From contig CM060731.1 in NCBI GenBank assembly GCA_030704615.1, positions 46,996,001-47,060,000 of the forward strand: a DNA stretch of 64,000 nucleotides. Direction: 5' to 3'. The translations under genes and the position numbers were made by a program. How positions within the stretch are numbered: position 1 is the first letter of the stretch; each line of letters opens with the position of its first letter. The notes under the pieces were generated by a model, which worked only from the letters and a program-made list of their open reading frames with translations, had not been told where the DNA came from and did not search any database. This document shows, piece by piece, positions 24,114-35,190 of the stretch. The DNA comes from Takakia lepidozioides (lineage: Eukaryota > Plantae > Bryophyta).

Positions 24114-25404
24114 GTTGACAGTGACAGAGTAGAAGGTGTGCTCTGAACAGAGTGCAAGTACAAACAAAATGATATCAGTGTTTGTATGTACATTGAGAAA
24201 TTTGAAATGGAGTGGTCCTTGTCCATCACTTTCCAGGTGGCGCAGCTTTGGCCTTTAGCAAACGGCATTCTTCTGGCATTTTCCAACGGCAACTTACCTG
24301 TCGGAATCCGAGTAAATCCCTAACATTCCGACTGTTTGCCGGAAGTCTGCAATGACTTGACGGCAGTGCAACGTATCCTGCAGATGGACCCACGAAGTCT
24401 GTCGTAGCCGTTCAAAATGGAACCGGCAAGTCGGTGCAGAATTGCCTCTGAGCACAAGGCCGCAAACCGCAAAAAGAACCCGCAAAAAATGCGCAGCCCA
24501 CTTCATGATGTCTTCTTCGGAAATGAGCCTGCCGGAAGTCTGCGCCGACTTCCGGAAATGGTCTGCTGGAATGTAGTTTTCGTGTAACGTGGACACACGA
24601 AAACGGCAAGTCTGTGACGACTTCCGGCATTTTCTGACGAGAAACTGTCGAATATGCCTAAATGGACTGCCGGGACTCAGTTTTTAGGGGTAGGCATCAA
24701 TATAACGACCAAGTCGGTGCCGACTTGTCGGAAATGCACTCCCGGCGGCCGCGAAAGTCCAACTTTGGGCGGACTAACAGCAATGTCACCGGAAAGTCTA
24801 TCCCAACTTCCCGGAAAACCGACGGGCAGTCCTCGCATGCAATGTCAGGCGTCCAGACTGCCCTTAGATTTGGGAATAGACCAGCCGGGAAGTCGTCACA
24901 GACTTCCCGGCAATTACCCGTTTTCAGGCGGACATAATCCGGGAAGTCTGGGCAGACTTCCCGGAAACATCATTATCAGGCAAAGTCTGCACAGACTTGC
25001 CGCAAAATTCCACATTCAGGCGCTACGTGTGACGTTTTGCGGCACTGCACGTGTCGTGTGGTCACGCGTTGGGGATTGAAGTGCCGAGAAGTCTGTGCAG
25101 ACTTGCTGGAAATTGTGCGTTTTCAGGTGATGACTACGACCTTTCAGGCAGCGCACGTGTCGATTAGGCACCCGTTGGGGCCTACGATGTTAGTGGCGCA
25201 TCTTCAAAACGTCTTCCAGAAGCGTCACCGCGAAGCGACTTCCACCAAGCCGCCACTTTCTCGTCTTCCGCCAAACCGCCTCTTCGCTCCCGCACTTGCT
25301 CCTTCGCTTCATCTCTCAGTCTGCCCACGCCTTCTGCCCCTCCGTGGATTGCAGCAGTACATCGCAACGCTTTTGGAGAGGCGCTCCCGGTTTTTTCAGC
25401 AACC

Positions 25405-28400
25405 ATGGAGGCTATTGGTGAGGACGACCCCGACTTTCAGCTTGAGAGACCCTCGTAGATGGTGCTGAGGACCCGCACCATTGTTTCCAGTTCGCAGAGC
25501 AGCGAGTAGGCGCGCGGGCGAGGGAAGGCGCGGGGGAACACCACGAAAGGGCAATCTGGATCTGCAGACGCCTCCGCCCCCATCCTCCTCTCGGCAGCAG
25601 AAATCACATCGCTCGCCCATGTCGGTATCAAACCGCTCGTCGCTGGGAGCAAGGAGCTCGCACAGGGGTCAGCATGCCAGGGGTCCAGCAGTGCCTGGCG
25701 TAGATGTGGTGCTCACTGCAGAGAGACGGCAGAGAGCTCTAAAGACGTTGAGAGATAGTGCCCTGAACCACACCTACAGCTCCATTTCCCATCTTCTCCG
25801 AAAAGGCCACCCTCCACGTGTTCCCCTGTGCAGGATGAGGACGCTACCCGCTGTTCGGCGAGCTGAAAGGCTCGAGGTAGAGAAGCTGAAGCTTTTTTTG
25901 GAGGTAGATGGGTACAACGACGCCCTTGCGTCCTTTTTGCTTGCAACGAACAACACCGCAGGAGTGGCTTCCTCCATCAAGGCCGAGGATAGAGCGAGCT
26001 GGGACATGCATTGGCAGGAGGAGGACCGCTGCTTTGAGGAGGCCGTCAAGGGCACCACCTGGGAGTTCTTGAGCAACCAATGGTTGTATATCTATGACGG
26101 CAACCACCGCTACTTGGCGTGGATAGATGTGATAACAGAGCAGCATGCCGACGACCCCGAATGGCACTATGTAGTCAATGCGAAGATTCTGGATGTGAAA
26201 CAAGAGGACATCGCTTTGGTCAGGAGGGCCATGAATCGCATGAACGTGTAAGACTGCTCACGTTTCTTCATAGTCTGCTCATATGAGCATTGTTTCTATC
26301 GTCAATCCTGTAGTGTTTTGCTCACATTCGCAAACATTTCTCGGCGATTACTCCGACTGCAGGATGCGGGGAGTCGGTGCCGATTTCCCATGCGAAGTGT
26401 CAGTGTTGAGGAGTCTGTGCCGACTTCTGCAGTTGCTCTCTGTAACATGTTGTGTTTGATGCAATGCTATTTCATTCTGTTTGATGGTGAGCTTCTCTAC
26501 TCGGGTAGTCCGTGCTGACTACCCAATATGTGGTCTCGCATGAGAGTGAGTAGTCTGTGCCGACTACCCAGTCAGAGCTATGCAATGGCAGTGAGTAGTC
26601 TGGACCAACTTCCCAGGTCTTGCTATGGCTCTGCTGTAATGGTGTTTTCTCACTTTCGTGGACTGCCATAGTATGGGAAGTCTGCAACGACTACCCATTC
26701 CTCAACCCTGTTCTCCCTGTGTAGCTTACTCAGTGTTGTTATGCAGGGTGACAGAAGAGGGCAATGTCAAGTCCGACCTGGCACACAAGCTTTACTATTT
26801 CCAGCTATGCGCAACAACTCCAATCGAGCAGTACAAGAATTCACTATCCGATGAGGTGTACCTCAAGTGCCTCAACAAACGGGGCCTTGTCGAGTTCATG
26901 GCACAGGAGTCATTCCGGGAGATAACGGATGATACACTGGCGGAGTACTCCCACCTTTCCAACACCCCGGAGAATGCAGAGATTGTGGAATCAGCTCTTG
27001 ATGCAAATCTGGCAATGTGTAAGACTAAATGGCACTCAAAGATTGCCAATTACAGTTCTATCTGTGATCCAGCCCTTGGCAACGGGTTCCTTTTTGAGAT
27101 AACAACATACTACAACAAGTTGCGCGCCCTGGATAGAGCTGAGATGACTCTTGAGAAACTTCAGATGGTTGCCACCAACCTCGTTTCTGCGGAGGCGAAG
27201 ATTGGGTGGTTGAAACTATGGAATTTGCCGCCGGCCAATAGGAGAATCTTCCCGGTGTCACCAACGGACAAGGAATTCAGTGATTGGGTGGACAAGGCCA
27301 CTTGGTGGTGGCAGGTACTCTGTTCATCTCCACGTGTATATGCAGTTCGGGAAGTCGGCACAGACTTGTAGTGGCTTTGCATGTAAATGTCAGTAATCTG
27401 ATTGCCTGGTGGATATTTTAGGGCCATGTTGACAGTCCTTGTTTGTTGCAACAAATGCAAGCGGTGGAGAGGGAACTGGCCTCTCTAATCAAGGCGAAGA
27501 TTTTGGCGGTGCGTCAGACGGAGGACATGAAGGGATTGCTCAGGTGGATTGAGCATTTTATGGTCGAGTACTGGAACAAGCTTTTCCACTGCGAGATGGT
27601 GGAGGGCCCACGCAGGAGCTGGGGTGTCCTAGAGCAGCTAGGGGGGATGCAGCCTGCACGCTTGTGTACAGGTATGACAATGCAAACCCTGTGTTGTATT
27701 TCAAGACGTTGTAGTTGGGAAGTCTGCACAGATTTCCCGACAGCATGCTAACAATGGCAATAGTCTGTGCCGATTTCTGAATCTGAAATGCCTCACTTTT
27801 TTAGGTACATCAACTTCTACCTTCTGCCCAACAAACACATTCAGGCTTACACGGTCTGAGTGCACCATGTACAATCGCAAGCAGATTACAGAGTACGTGT
27901 GGTCCTCCCATTTGCAGTGTTATTGGTGGTTGGACTGCCCACCGAACTTCATCCCTGTGGAGGAGGCAGAAGAATATAAGACGCTTGCTTCAGGTGAAGA
28001 AATACCACCTCCACCCGGACAACCTACCAGCGAGACCGCTATGGCAGAAGCCCACAATGCCGTTGTCGCTCATCTTGAGCACACCACGGAGGCCCTTGCG
28101 GCGGAGGCAGCATCAAAAAAGGGCCGCACCAGGAAGCAGAAGCCAAAGAAGGCTCGGAGAGTCGGCGAGCAGTCATCTCCTGCCAAACAAGGCAGAGCCC
28201 AGATGGAGAAAAGCCAGAATGGGGCGGATGAGACAGAGGCCGTGCAGGTGGTGGAAGGCGAACATGTTCAAGAGCATGGCAGAATGGGGATCACCGAGCA
28301 TCTGGGTGGAATGGACCTGGCAAACGCACGCCGTGGCCCCAGCCGAAGTCTGATTTTTCCGAGGGCTGCTATCAGAGTACCTAAGGCAACGACATTGCCC

Positions 28401-30145
28401 TTAGCCATAAAGCAATCGTTGTTTGAGGCGCGTCCACTATAGAAGTCTATGCCGACTTGTGAGGTGAAATGCATCCACTGTGACAGCTTCGCACTTGTTG
28501 AGCAGCGGTTGGCAACCAAATCCACCACGAAGAGGTGGCCACCGGAGAGGGCAATGGTAGATGCCTTCATTGAGCGCCACAAGAAGAGGAGGGAGCCTGT
28601 GCGTGGGGGGGGGGGGATATCTGAACCCTCCATGAAGGAAGGCGCTGACCTCGTCATTGTGGATATCCCAGATGGGCAGATGGTGCATAATTATGGAGCA
28701 GAGGGTGTTGTGCCAAATTGGAATGTTTGGAAGCTTTCTCACATCAGCTCTGCCATATCGTTGGCAAATGCAATCACGGATGATGTGGGGCGACTCCTCA
28801 TTTTCTGCAAGGTGACGGCAAGACGGAGATGGACCTTCGACGGATAGTGAGCAATGCGCCGTTTTGTTTTGTCAAGAGAAAGTGGACCTGCATGAATGCC
28901 CTCCCGCTCCAGACAGGCGATGAGCAGCAGCCACAGTTAGCCCAAAACACCACCTCCTTGCGTCGTTCATCATGTTCCATTCCCTGTCAATGTGGGAAGT
29001 CTGCACAGACTTCCCAAATTCCCAACCCTGTTCCCATTGAAGACATAAGTGCCTCCTACATGTTCCCACGTCCACTAGTGGTTTTTTCATTTAACAGTGA
29101 GTTATGCTGAGCAGTTTAAACAACGCCGCAGTCCACGTTCTGTTTTGGAAGTCGGCACAGGCTTCCCAGAATAGTATAGGAAGTGCACAGACTTCCAACT
29201 TAGCCCTATGTTTTCCTGCTTAACAATATCGGACAAAGGCTGGTGCCTGGTAAGTACGAAATTATTACCAACGCTTTCCAACATGTCACCCGTGTTCTTG
29301 TCCACCTTTCATGAAGTTGGCCCAGACTTACAGTTCATGTGCTGAGGCAATTGGGTTTCCTGTGCAGACTCGGGTGTTTTATGTTTTTTTGCTGTTGAAG
29401 AGCCCGACATACGCCTGCGACACTGGCCGGGATGCCAAGAAACTAGATTCCGACTTCAATCCGGTTGACACCGACATTGTGTGCAATTGTGTCACCGAAG
29501 ATAGGCTGTACACAAGAGCTGATGGGACCTGGTTCAGAGGCGCCAAAGAAAAAAGCCCAATGTTCCTACAGACTTTTATGGAGATGTTGACTGACATTGG
29601 GGGCAAGATTGTGGACCTCACTGCAAACTGTGGTGCATCCATGGTGGCTGCACGGGTTTGTGGTCGCCACTTGCTGGCCTTGGAAGGCGATGGAGAGCTT
29701 GTAAGAGAGAAACTGCAGGGCTTGCAAAGTGAGATGCCTGCTACACCTGACCCCGTGGCCCCAATGGACTTGACACCTGATGAGTGGTTCCGGGATTCAG
29801 GTGACCAACCTGTGCATGTCCATGTACTAGAGTGAGTAAGTTTGCTGTTCCTCTAGTTTTCTTTCTTCAAAACACGATAGTCGGCACAGATTTCTCAATT
29901 CTGATGCGTTGTCTTGCTTGCCATGGCCCGGCCAACACGTTCCCTTTGCAAAGCTCATGACCATGGTATTTTTTTTCCTTCTGCAGTGATGTTCCCTCAA
30001 TTTGCACAAGGAGGCCAGCTCCATCGACGCCAGCTCATTGCCGTACAGCCTCCTTAATGGCTGCACGTCAGGAGAGGGAAAATAGGAAGGCACAGATTGC
30101 CGAGAAGAAGGCAGATCGTCATCAAAAAGCAGCTGCTGTTCTCTT
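25405..30145 (+). pseudogene. ParB/Srx-like + beta-class DNA methyltransferase-like cargo gene, subfamily A
   Basis: VPLCRM...YDGNHRYLAW in exon 1; intron 26248-26746; ICDPALGNGFLFEI. GADLVIVDIPDG occupies the motif IV position. KSPMFLQTFMEMLTDIGGKIVDLTANCGASMVAARVCGRHLLALEGD matches motifs X-I-II. Contains stops and frameshifts and is truncated in the last exon. Confidence 0.78.
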
Positions 30146-30149
30146 TTAT

Positions 30150-30800
30150 ATTTGAGAAACAGTTTGCTTTAGCAATCTACCAGGTTCTGATTGCTCAATC
30201 ATTCATTCCACAGCTTCACTCAATTCTCTCTACACGGTGTGAGTAAGGAATGGGTATCATATTAATCTTTGTTCAATATCAGGTCGTAGCCATAGTGTCT
30301 CTAATCTGTTCTACAATACGATTCTACAGCTTGCATGAATCAAGTATCATCCAATCATCTTCCCATCTTCACTGTGTTCTCCATCCTTGGTTCCGTTCCT
30401 GCTCTCCACTTCATCTCCTCCACTCATGACCAAGAAGTACTCCCCGTAGAAGTGTGTCCTCTCCAAGTTGCTACTCTGCCTAATCTACCCGCAAGCTGTT
30501 CTAACCGCCTAAATAACTAACTGTCCTCTCAAGAAGTAAACACGTTCCCTCTGCAGATGTCGTTCCCACACAGTTGTTCCCTGCCAATGATAACCGTTCC
30601 CTACGTACGTTATCACGGGCTGTGCCAAGCTGCGTCGGGCTGTGTAAAGCTGTGTCGGGCTGTGATAGACTGTGACTAATTGTGATAGGTTGTGATTGAC
30701 TGTGACAGACTGTGTAAGGCTGTGTCGGGCTGTGTATGGCTGTGATAATCTATGATAGGATGTGTACGACTGTGTAAGACTGTCTACCACCCCTAAAGCC
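30150..30800. mobile_element. Probable LTR/non-coding region of a gypsy element with ~10-bp periodic repeats
   Basis: 30198-30350 is similar to 50203-50340. Short GGCTGTG/GACTGTG repeats at 30615-30785. Confidence 0.45.
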
Positions 30801-30841
30801 TGTGCCTGTCACCCCTAATCTTATGTGCGCATTCTTGACAG

Positions 30842-33800
30842 ACGAAAATACAGCAGGATTTGGCACATGCGCGGAGGTTCTACATGGAGTCAGAGGAGAA
30901 GAATCCAACCCTCCCGGAACTCGAATCGTATGTCAAAGTTGCGGAGGTGAGGGCCCGCATAAAGTACAAGTCGCGGATGGTAAAGTGCGTGGCCATAGCT
31001 GAGCCCGCCCTTGGTGCTGACTTTCTGGTGGAGGTGGGGAAGTACTACTCTCGCGCTCTGAAGCCCACGATGACATTGGAGAAGTTTCATCGTCTAGCCA
31101 CATCCTGTGTGGATGCAACAGAAAAGGTGATACATTCTTAACCAAATTGTGGTGGCAACAACTCCTTTTTGTGGTGTTTGGCGCTTACGAATATGCTGGG
31201 TGGTTGGACAGACCCGGTGGCTCCAAATCTGGAATGGTTCCCAAAGTACTAGGGACATGTGGAGCTTCCCCAAACCGGACAAACTCTCTGACCCCACATC
31301 CGACATGTGGATGAACCGCATGACATGGTGGTTTCAGGTACTTCCCCACGCTTCGTTTGGGGCTTCTACTCTAGTAGGGGGTGGATTCATTGTATTTTTT
31401 CAGGAAAGCGATCTGATGGAGAATCTCCACAGGTGACGACGAATGCGCAAGAGCAGCTGGACACACAAGCACATCAGTTCAAGATGGAGATATCTCCTGT
31501 AGCAGAGAGCCTACGTGACTATGTGACGAGGTACTTTCTGCTCTACAAAACCAACCTATTCTTTCGGGAGATAGCAGATGCTCGCCGGAGCCACGAGTTC
31601 ACCGACCAGCCGAACGCGGACAAAGCAGCAATGCGCCTTCTGTACAGGTACATACGCGCTGCCTTTCTTTCAAGTCCTTGCATTTCAGGATGTTAGAAGC
31701 CTCATGTGGTGTTAGGGAAAATGGCGCCGAATTTCCAGTCAGGGCTCCGAAAATGGCTAAGTCCCTAGACTGGCTGGCCCTGAACTGGAAATTCGGCGCC
31801 ATTTTCCAGTTCTAGGCCCTATTGCCATTCAGGGACTTGGCCATTTTTGGGCTAAGTCCCTAGACTGGCTGGCCCGGAACTGGAAATTCGGCGCCATTTT
31901 CCAGTTCTAGGCCCTATTGCCGTTCAGGGACTTAGCCATTTTCGGGCTAAGTCCCTAGGGTGGCTGGCCCCGAAGTGGAAATTCGGCGCCATTTTCCAGT
32001 TCTAGGCCCTATTGCCGTTCAGGGACTTAGCCATTTTCGGGCTAAGTCCCTAGACTGGCTGGCCTTGAACTGGAAATTCGGCGCCATTTTCCAATTCCAG
32101 GCCCTATTGCCGTTCAGGGACTTAGCCATTTTCGGGCTAAGTCCCTAGGGTGGCTGGCCCTGAACTGGAAATTCGGCGCCATTTTCCAATTCCAGGCCCT
32201 ATTGCCGTTCAGGGACTTAGCCATTTTCGGGCTAAGTCCCTAGGGTGGCTGGCCCCGAAGTGGAAATTCGGCGCCATTTTCCAGTTCTAGGCCCTATTGC
32301 CGTTCAGGGACTTAGCCATTTTCGGGCTAAGTCCCTAGGGTGGCTGGCCCTGAACTGGAAATTCGGCGCCATTTTTCCAGTTCTAGGCCCTATTGCGGTT
32401 CTGGGACTTAGCCATCTTCGGGCCAAACCGGGAAAAATGGCGCCGAATTTCCAGTTCAGGGCTCCGAAGATGGCTAAGTCCCTAGGGTGGCAGTCACCGA
32501 AAACCGAAATTCGGCGCCATTTTTCCATTTCTAGGCCCACTCACATCCGCCCCAACCTGGGAAAATGGTGCGGAATATGCATTTCAGGGACCTCATTGTG
32601 TTTTTCATGAATGCAGGTACTGCAAGTTCTCCCTTTTGGAGAAAGGTCATCTGTCTTTCAAGCCACCATTCTTCCTGGCATGGAGGAACCCTGGGGCTGA
32701 CTCCATGTACACTGATGATATTGTGAAGGAGTGGCATCTGGAACATTTGCGTGATTGCCCTTGATATGTGGACCTTCCGCCCGGCTCGCTCGACCCATCC
32801 GAGTTTCAATTGAAGCTGGATGCTGAATTCCGACGAAACCGGGCTCCGCTGCCTCCGTTGGGTGCAAAAGAGGCAAAAGCGCTTGCGAACTCCAGGAAAG
32901 CGGCAGAGCTTGCTCATGCAGGAATTCAGGAGAAATTGCATGAGAAGAGTAAAGGCCAAAGGAAAAGGACAAGGAAACAGGTGAGTGCAGTAACACCCAA
33001 AAAGAAGAAAACCATCGGGGCATCGGAGGAGGCGCAGGAGGGGACCCAAGAGAGTGACTCGGACGACGACTTTGTTCAAGGTCCTGCGACTGCTGTTGCT
33101 CCTACCCAGTCACCGGTCGTCCGGGTTCCCAAGTCAGTTCGGAGTGGGACTGGCTCTGCCAAGAAGTTGGCATTTGAGGGCGAGCCTACACGGCGGTGAC
33201 GTTTACGCACAGGCCAAAGCTAGAACCTCCAACCATCATCCAATGCGTCAATGAGAGCTTCCTTGATGCTCTCGCTGCCAGGGCGAAGAAGGTGGCACAC
33301 AACAAGTCTCTGGCGGAGCAGAAGGGGAAAGCCAAGAAGAGGGCTGGCGGTACAAAGCCTAAAGACACCCCTGGTTTTGAAGCCATGATGGAATTCTTCA
33401 CGGCTGTGAGCACGAATTGCAAGAGCACTCGGGGGGGGGGGGGGGGGTTGAGGTGGAGAGAGCTTGCGACATGATTCTCCTCGACATTCCAGATGGGGAG
33501 GAGCTGCTGGAGGGCCTGGATGGTGTGCCCACCTGGAACAGGTTTACTGAGGACTACTGGAAAGCCGGGTTTGGGCTGGCGGAGATGTTTTTGGATGACG
33601 GTGGATGTGTGGTTGTCCTTGCCACGGGAGGGAAGACCACAGAGAATGCGGTGGCAAGGTGGACACCGAAAAGTGTCACCCCGGTCCTCCTCAGAAAATG
33701 GTTCTGCATCAGTACACAGGGGTTGCAAACAGAGGGCCAAAGTGTAAGTTATCAATCTATTGCATTCACTTCATATTGTGGTGTATGTTAAGTAGACCCT

Positions 33801-34968
33801 GGAGTTGATCCCTTCTTTGTTGGATGTGCAGACATTGGTGTTTGAGGCATATTGCTTTGTGAAGAGAGGGTCTACGTTCAAATTCCGCAACGACGGTTGT
33901 CTTGTTGATGCCGCTGTGGACCCTGTAACCTACGATGTCCTCTACAACTATGTGCCCCACTCCAGTATGCCGAAGGACACAAAGACAGGCAAGCCGTGGC
34001 GGTACAGCCGGACCCGGAGCCCTGCTTTCATCCAAACCCTCATGGAGACGTGCTCGGATGTCCAAGGGCGGATTCTGGACCTCACATGCGGCACGGGTAA
34101 GCCTTCACATGCTCAGTTTGTCCCCTGACCCGATTGCAATTGCATGCCGCAAGCTATTAACCGCCCGCTTTGTTCCTCAGGTGCTTCAATGTGGGCAGGG
34201 ACGTTGTCCGACAGGCATGTGTTCGCCTTCGAGCCAGATATTGCCCTCCACAACTCGGAACTTGCAGCGGCTGAACGTCTGCCGAAAGAGGAAGAGGCAT
34301 CCTCGGAGGATGAGGAAAAATCCGAGAAGGAGCAGGGGGAGGAAGTTGGGATCGAGGCCGAGGAGCCCCCGGTTTACGAGTGAGTGGTGGCATTGTAAGT
34401 TGCCTCCAGATTTCGTGAGGCACCTCCCTCCGCTCTCTTATTTCATTGAAAACCCTTTCTGGTTGTGCTGGTATTGACATTCTTGAAGTGGATTTGTTCT
34501 TACTGTAGGATGCCAAGTACTGCCGGAGGGACGTCTACACCGGAGTTCATGGGCAGGAAGAACGTGCATTTTTTTGCCAGGGGGGATTTCATGCCTAGTC
34601 CAGAAAGGGACTACATCCTTCCTTTTTATGCTGCCCGGCTTGCTTCGGTGTCCATTAGGAGGTGTTCCGAACGTAGTCGTGTACAGCAGATTTTAGACGA
34701 GGCAAGCCTCAAGAAAATGAAGATGAGGGAGGAGGCAGCAGCTATTAGAGCCCGTCGGGCTCGTAGACTTGTCTTGGATTCTGCTGAGGAAAGTGGGGGA
34801 GAAGACGCAGAAGATTCCCAGGAGGTGAGGTGGACAGTCCCCCAAGGAGAGGATGGGTTTTTTGAGAGGCATAGTGGAACTGATGCATCACAGAGCTCGG
34901 AGGATGAGGGGGATGAGGGGGATGAGGAAGAAGGTGGGGCAAGTTCCTCGGAGGGTGTAGGAGAGTAG
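30842..34968 (+). pseudogene. Cargo gene, subfamily C (central + MTase-like part)
   Basis: IAEPALGADFLVEVGKYY; TLEKF; WWFQ|intron; ACDMILLDIPDG...FLDDGGCVVV; RSPAFIQTLMETCSDVQGRILDLTCGTG|ASMWAGTLSDRHVFAFEPD; last exon LPFYAARLA. Intron positions match subfamily A. Premature TGA at about 32762 and a poly-G frameshift. Confidence 0.75.
31716..32580. repeat. Intronic tandem array of ~7 x 95-bp units, each with two palindromes
   Basis: GGAAATTC starts at 31787, 31882, 31977, 32072, 32167, 32262, 32357. Palindromes are GAACTGGAAA-N11-TTTCCAGTTC and AGGGACTTAGCC-N7-GGCTAAGTCCCT. Lies in intron ~31648-32617. Confidence 0.93.
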
Positions 34969-35190
34969 TGCCCATTCCGGCTATGACAGTTAGAACACAC
35001 TTGTATAGACGTGGCTTGCCACAAAATTTGCAATAAAATGTTGCATTTCAAGTCCACTGGTGCCACATTCCAACTTCACATGACCTTATTTCCGTGCCTC
35101 CTAACCCTATTTCCGTGGACTCACAATGGTCTGCTCATGCTTTTTTTTTTTCCGCTCATGCTCATGCCGCTCATGAAATAGCAGCCCCCC

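Larger units (their letters stand above)
22533..30145. mobile_element. MULE-like DNA transposon, subfamily A, copy 2 (internal part)
   Basis: Transposase 5' half (-) and near-complete cargo gene (+) are divergent across a 1.3-kb palindrome-rich spacer. Overlaps copy 1 directly and copy 3 in inverted orientation. Confidence 0.85.
30801..35190 (+). mobile_element. MULE-like DNA transposon, subfamily C (right half with putative terminus; no transposase in this fragment)
   Basis: Cargo gene is homologous to A and B. Ends ...GCTCATGAAATAGCAGCCCCCC at 35190, abutting gypsy gag and matching the subfamily A end at 54777. Confidence 0.7.

Noticed and set aside
31716-32580. CRISPR array or coding repeat ORFs (31960-32148, 32245-32610)
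   Set aside because: Whole units are near-identical tandem copies inside a GT-AG intron. The ORFs are translations of the repeat.
34465-34968. Separate small gene downstream of the MTase-like ORF (also 55402-55932)
   Set aside because: A conserved phase-2 intron joins it in frame to the cargo gene as its last exon.
7387-35190. One giant intact element bounded by 7387 and 35190
   Set aside because: The ends belong to different subfamilies and the flanking 9-mers (AGCTTCCAT vs ACGCCCTTG) do not form a TSD.
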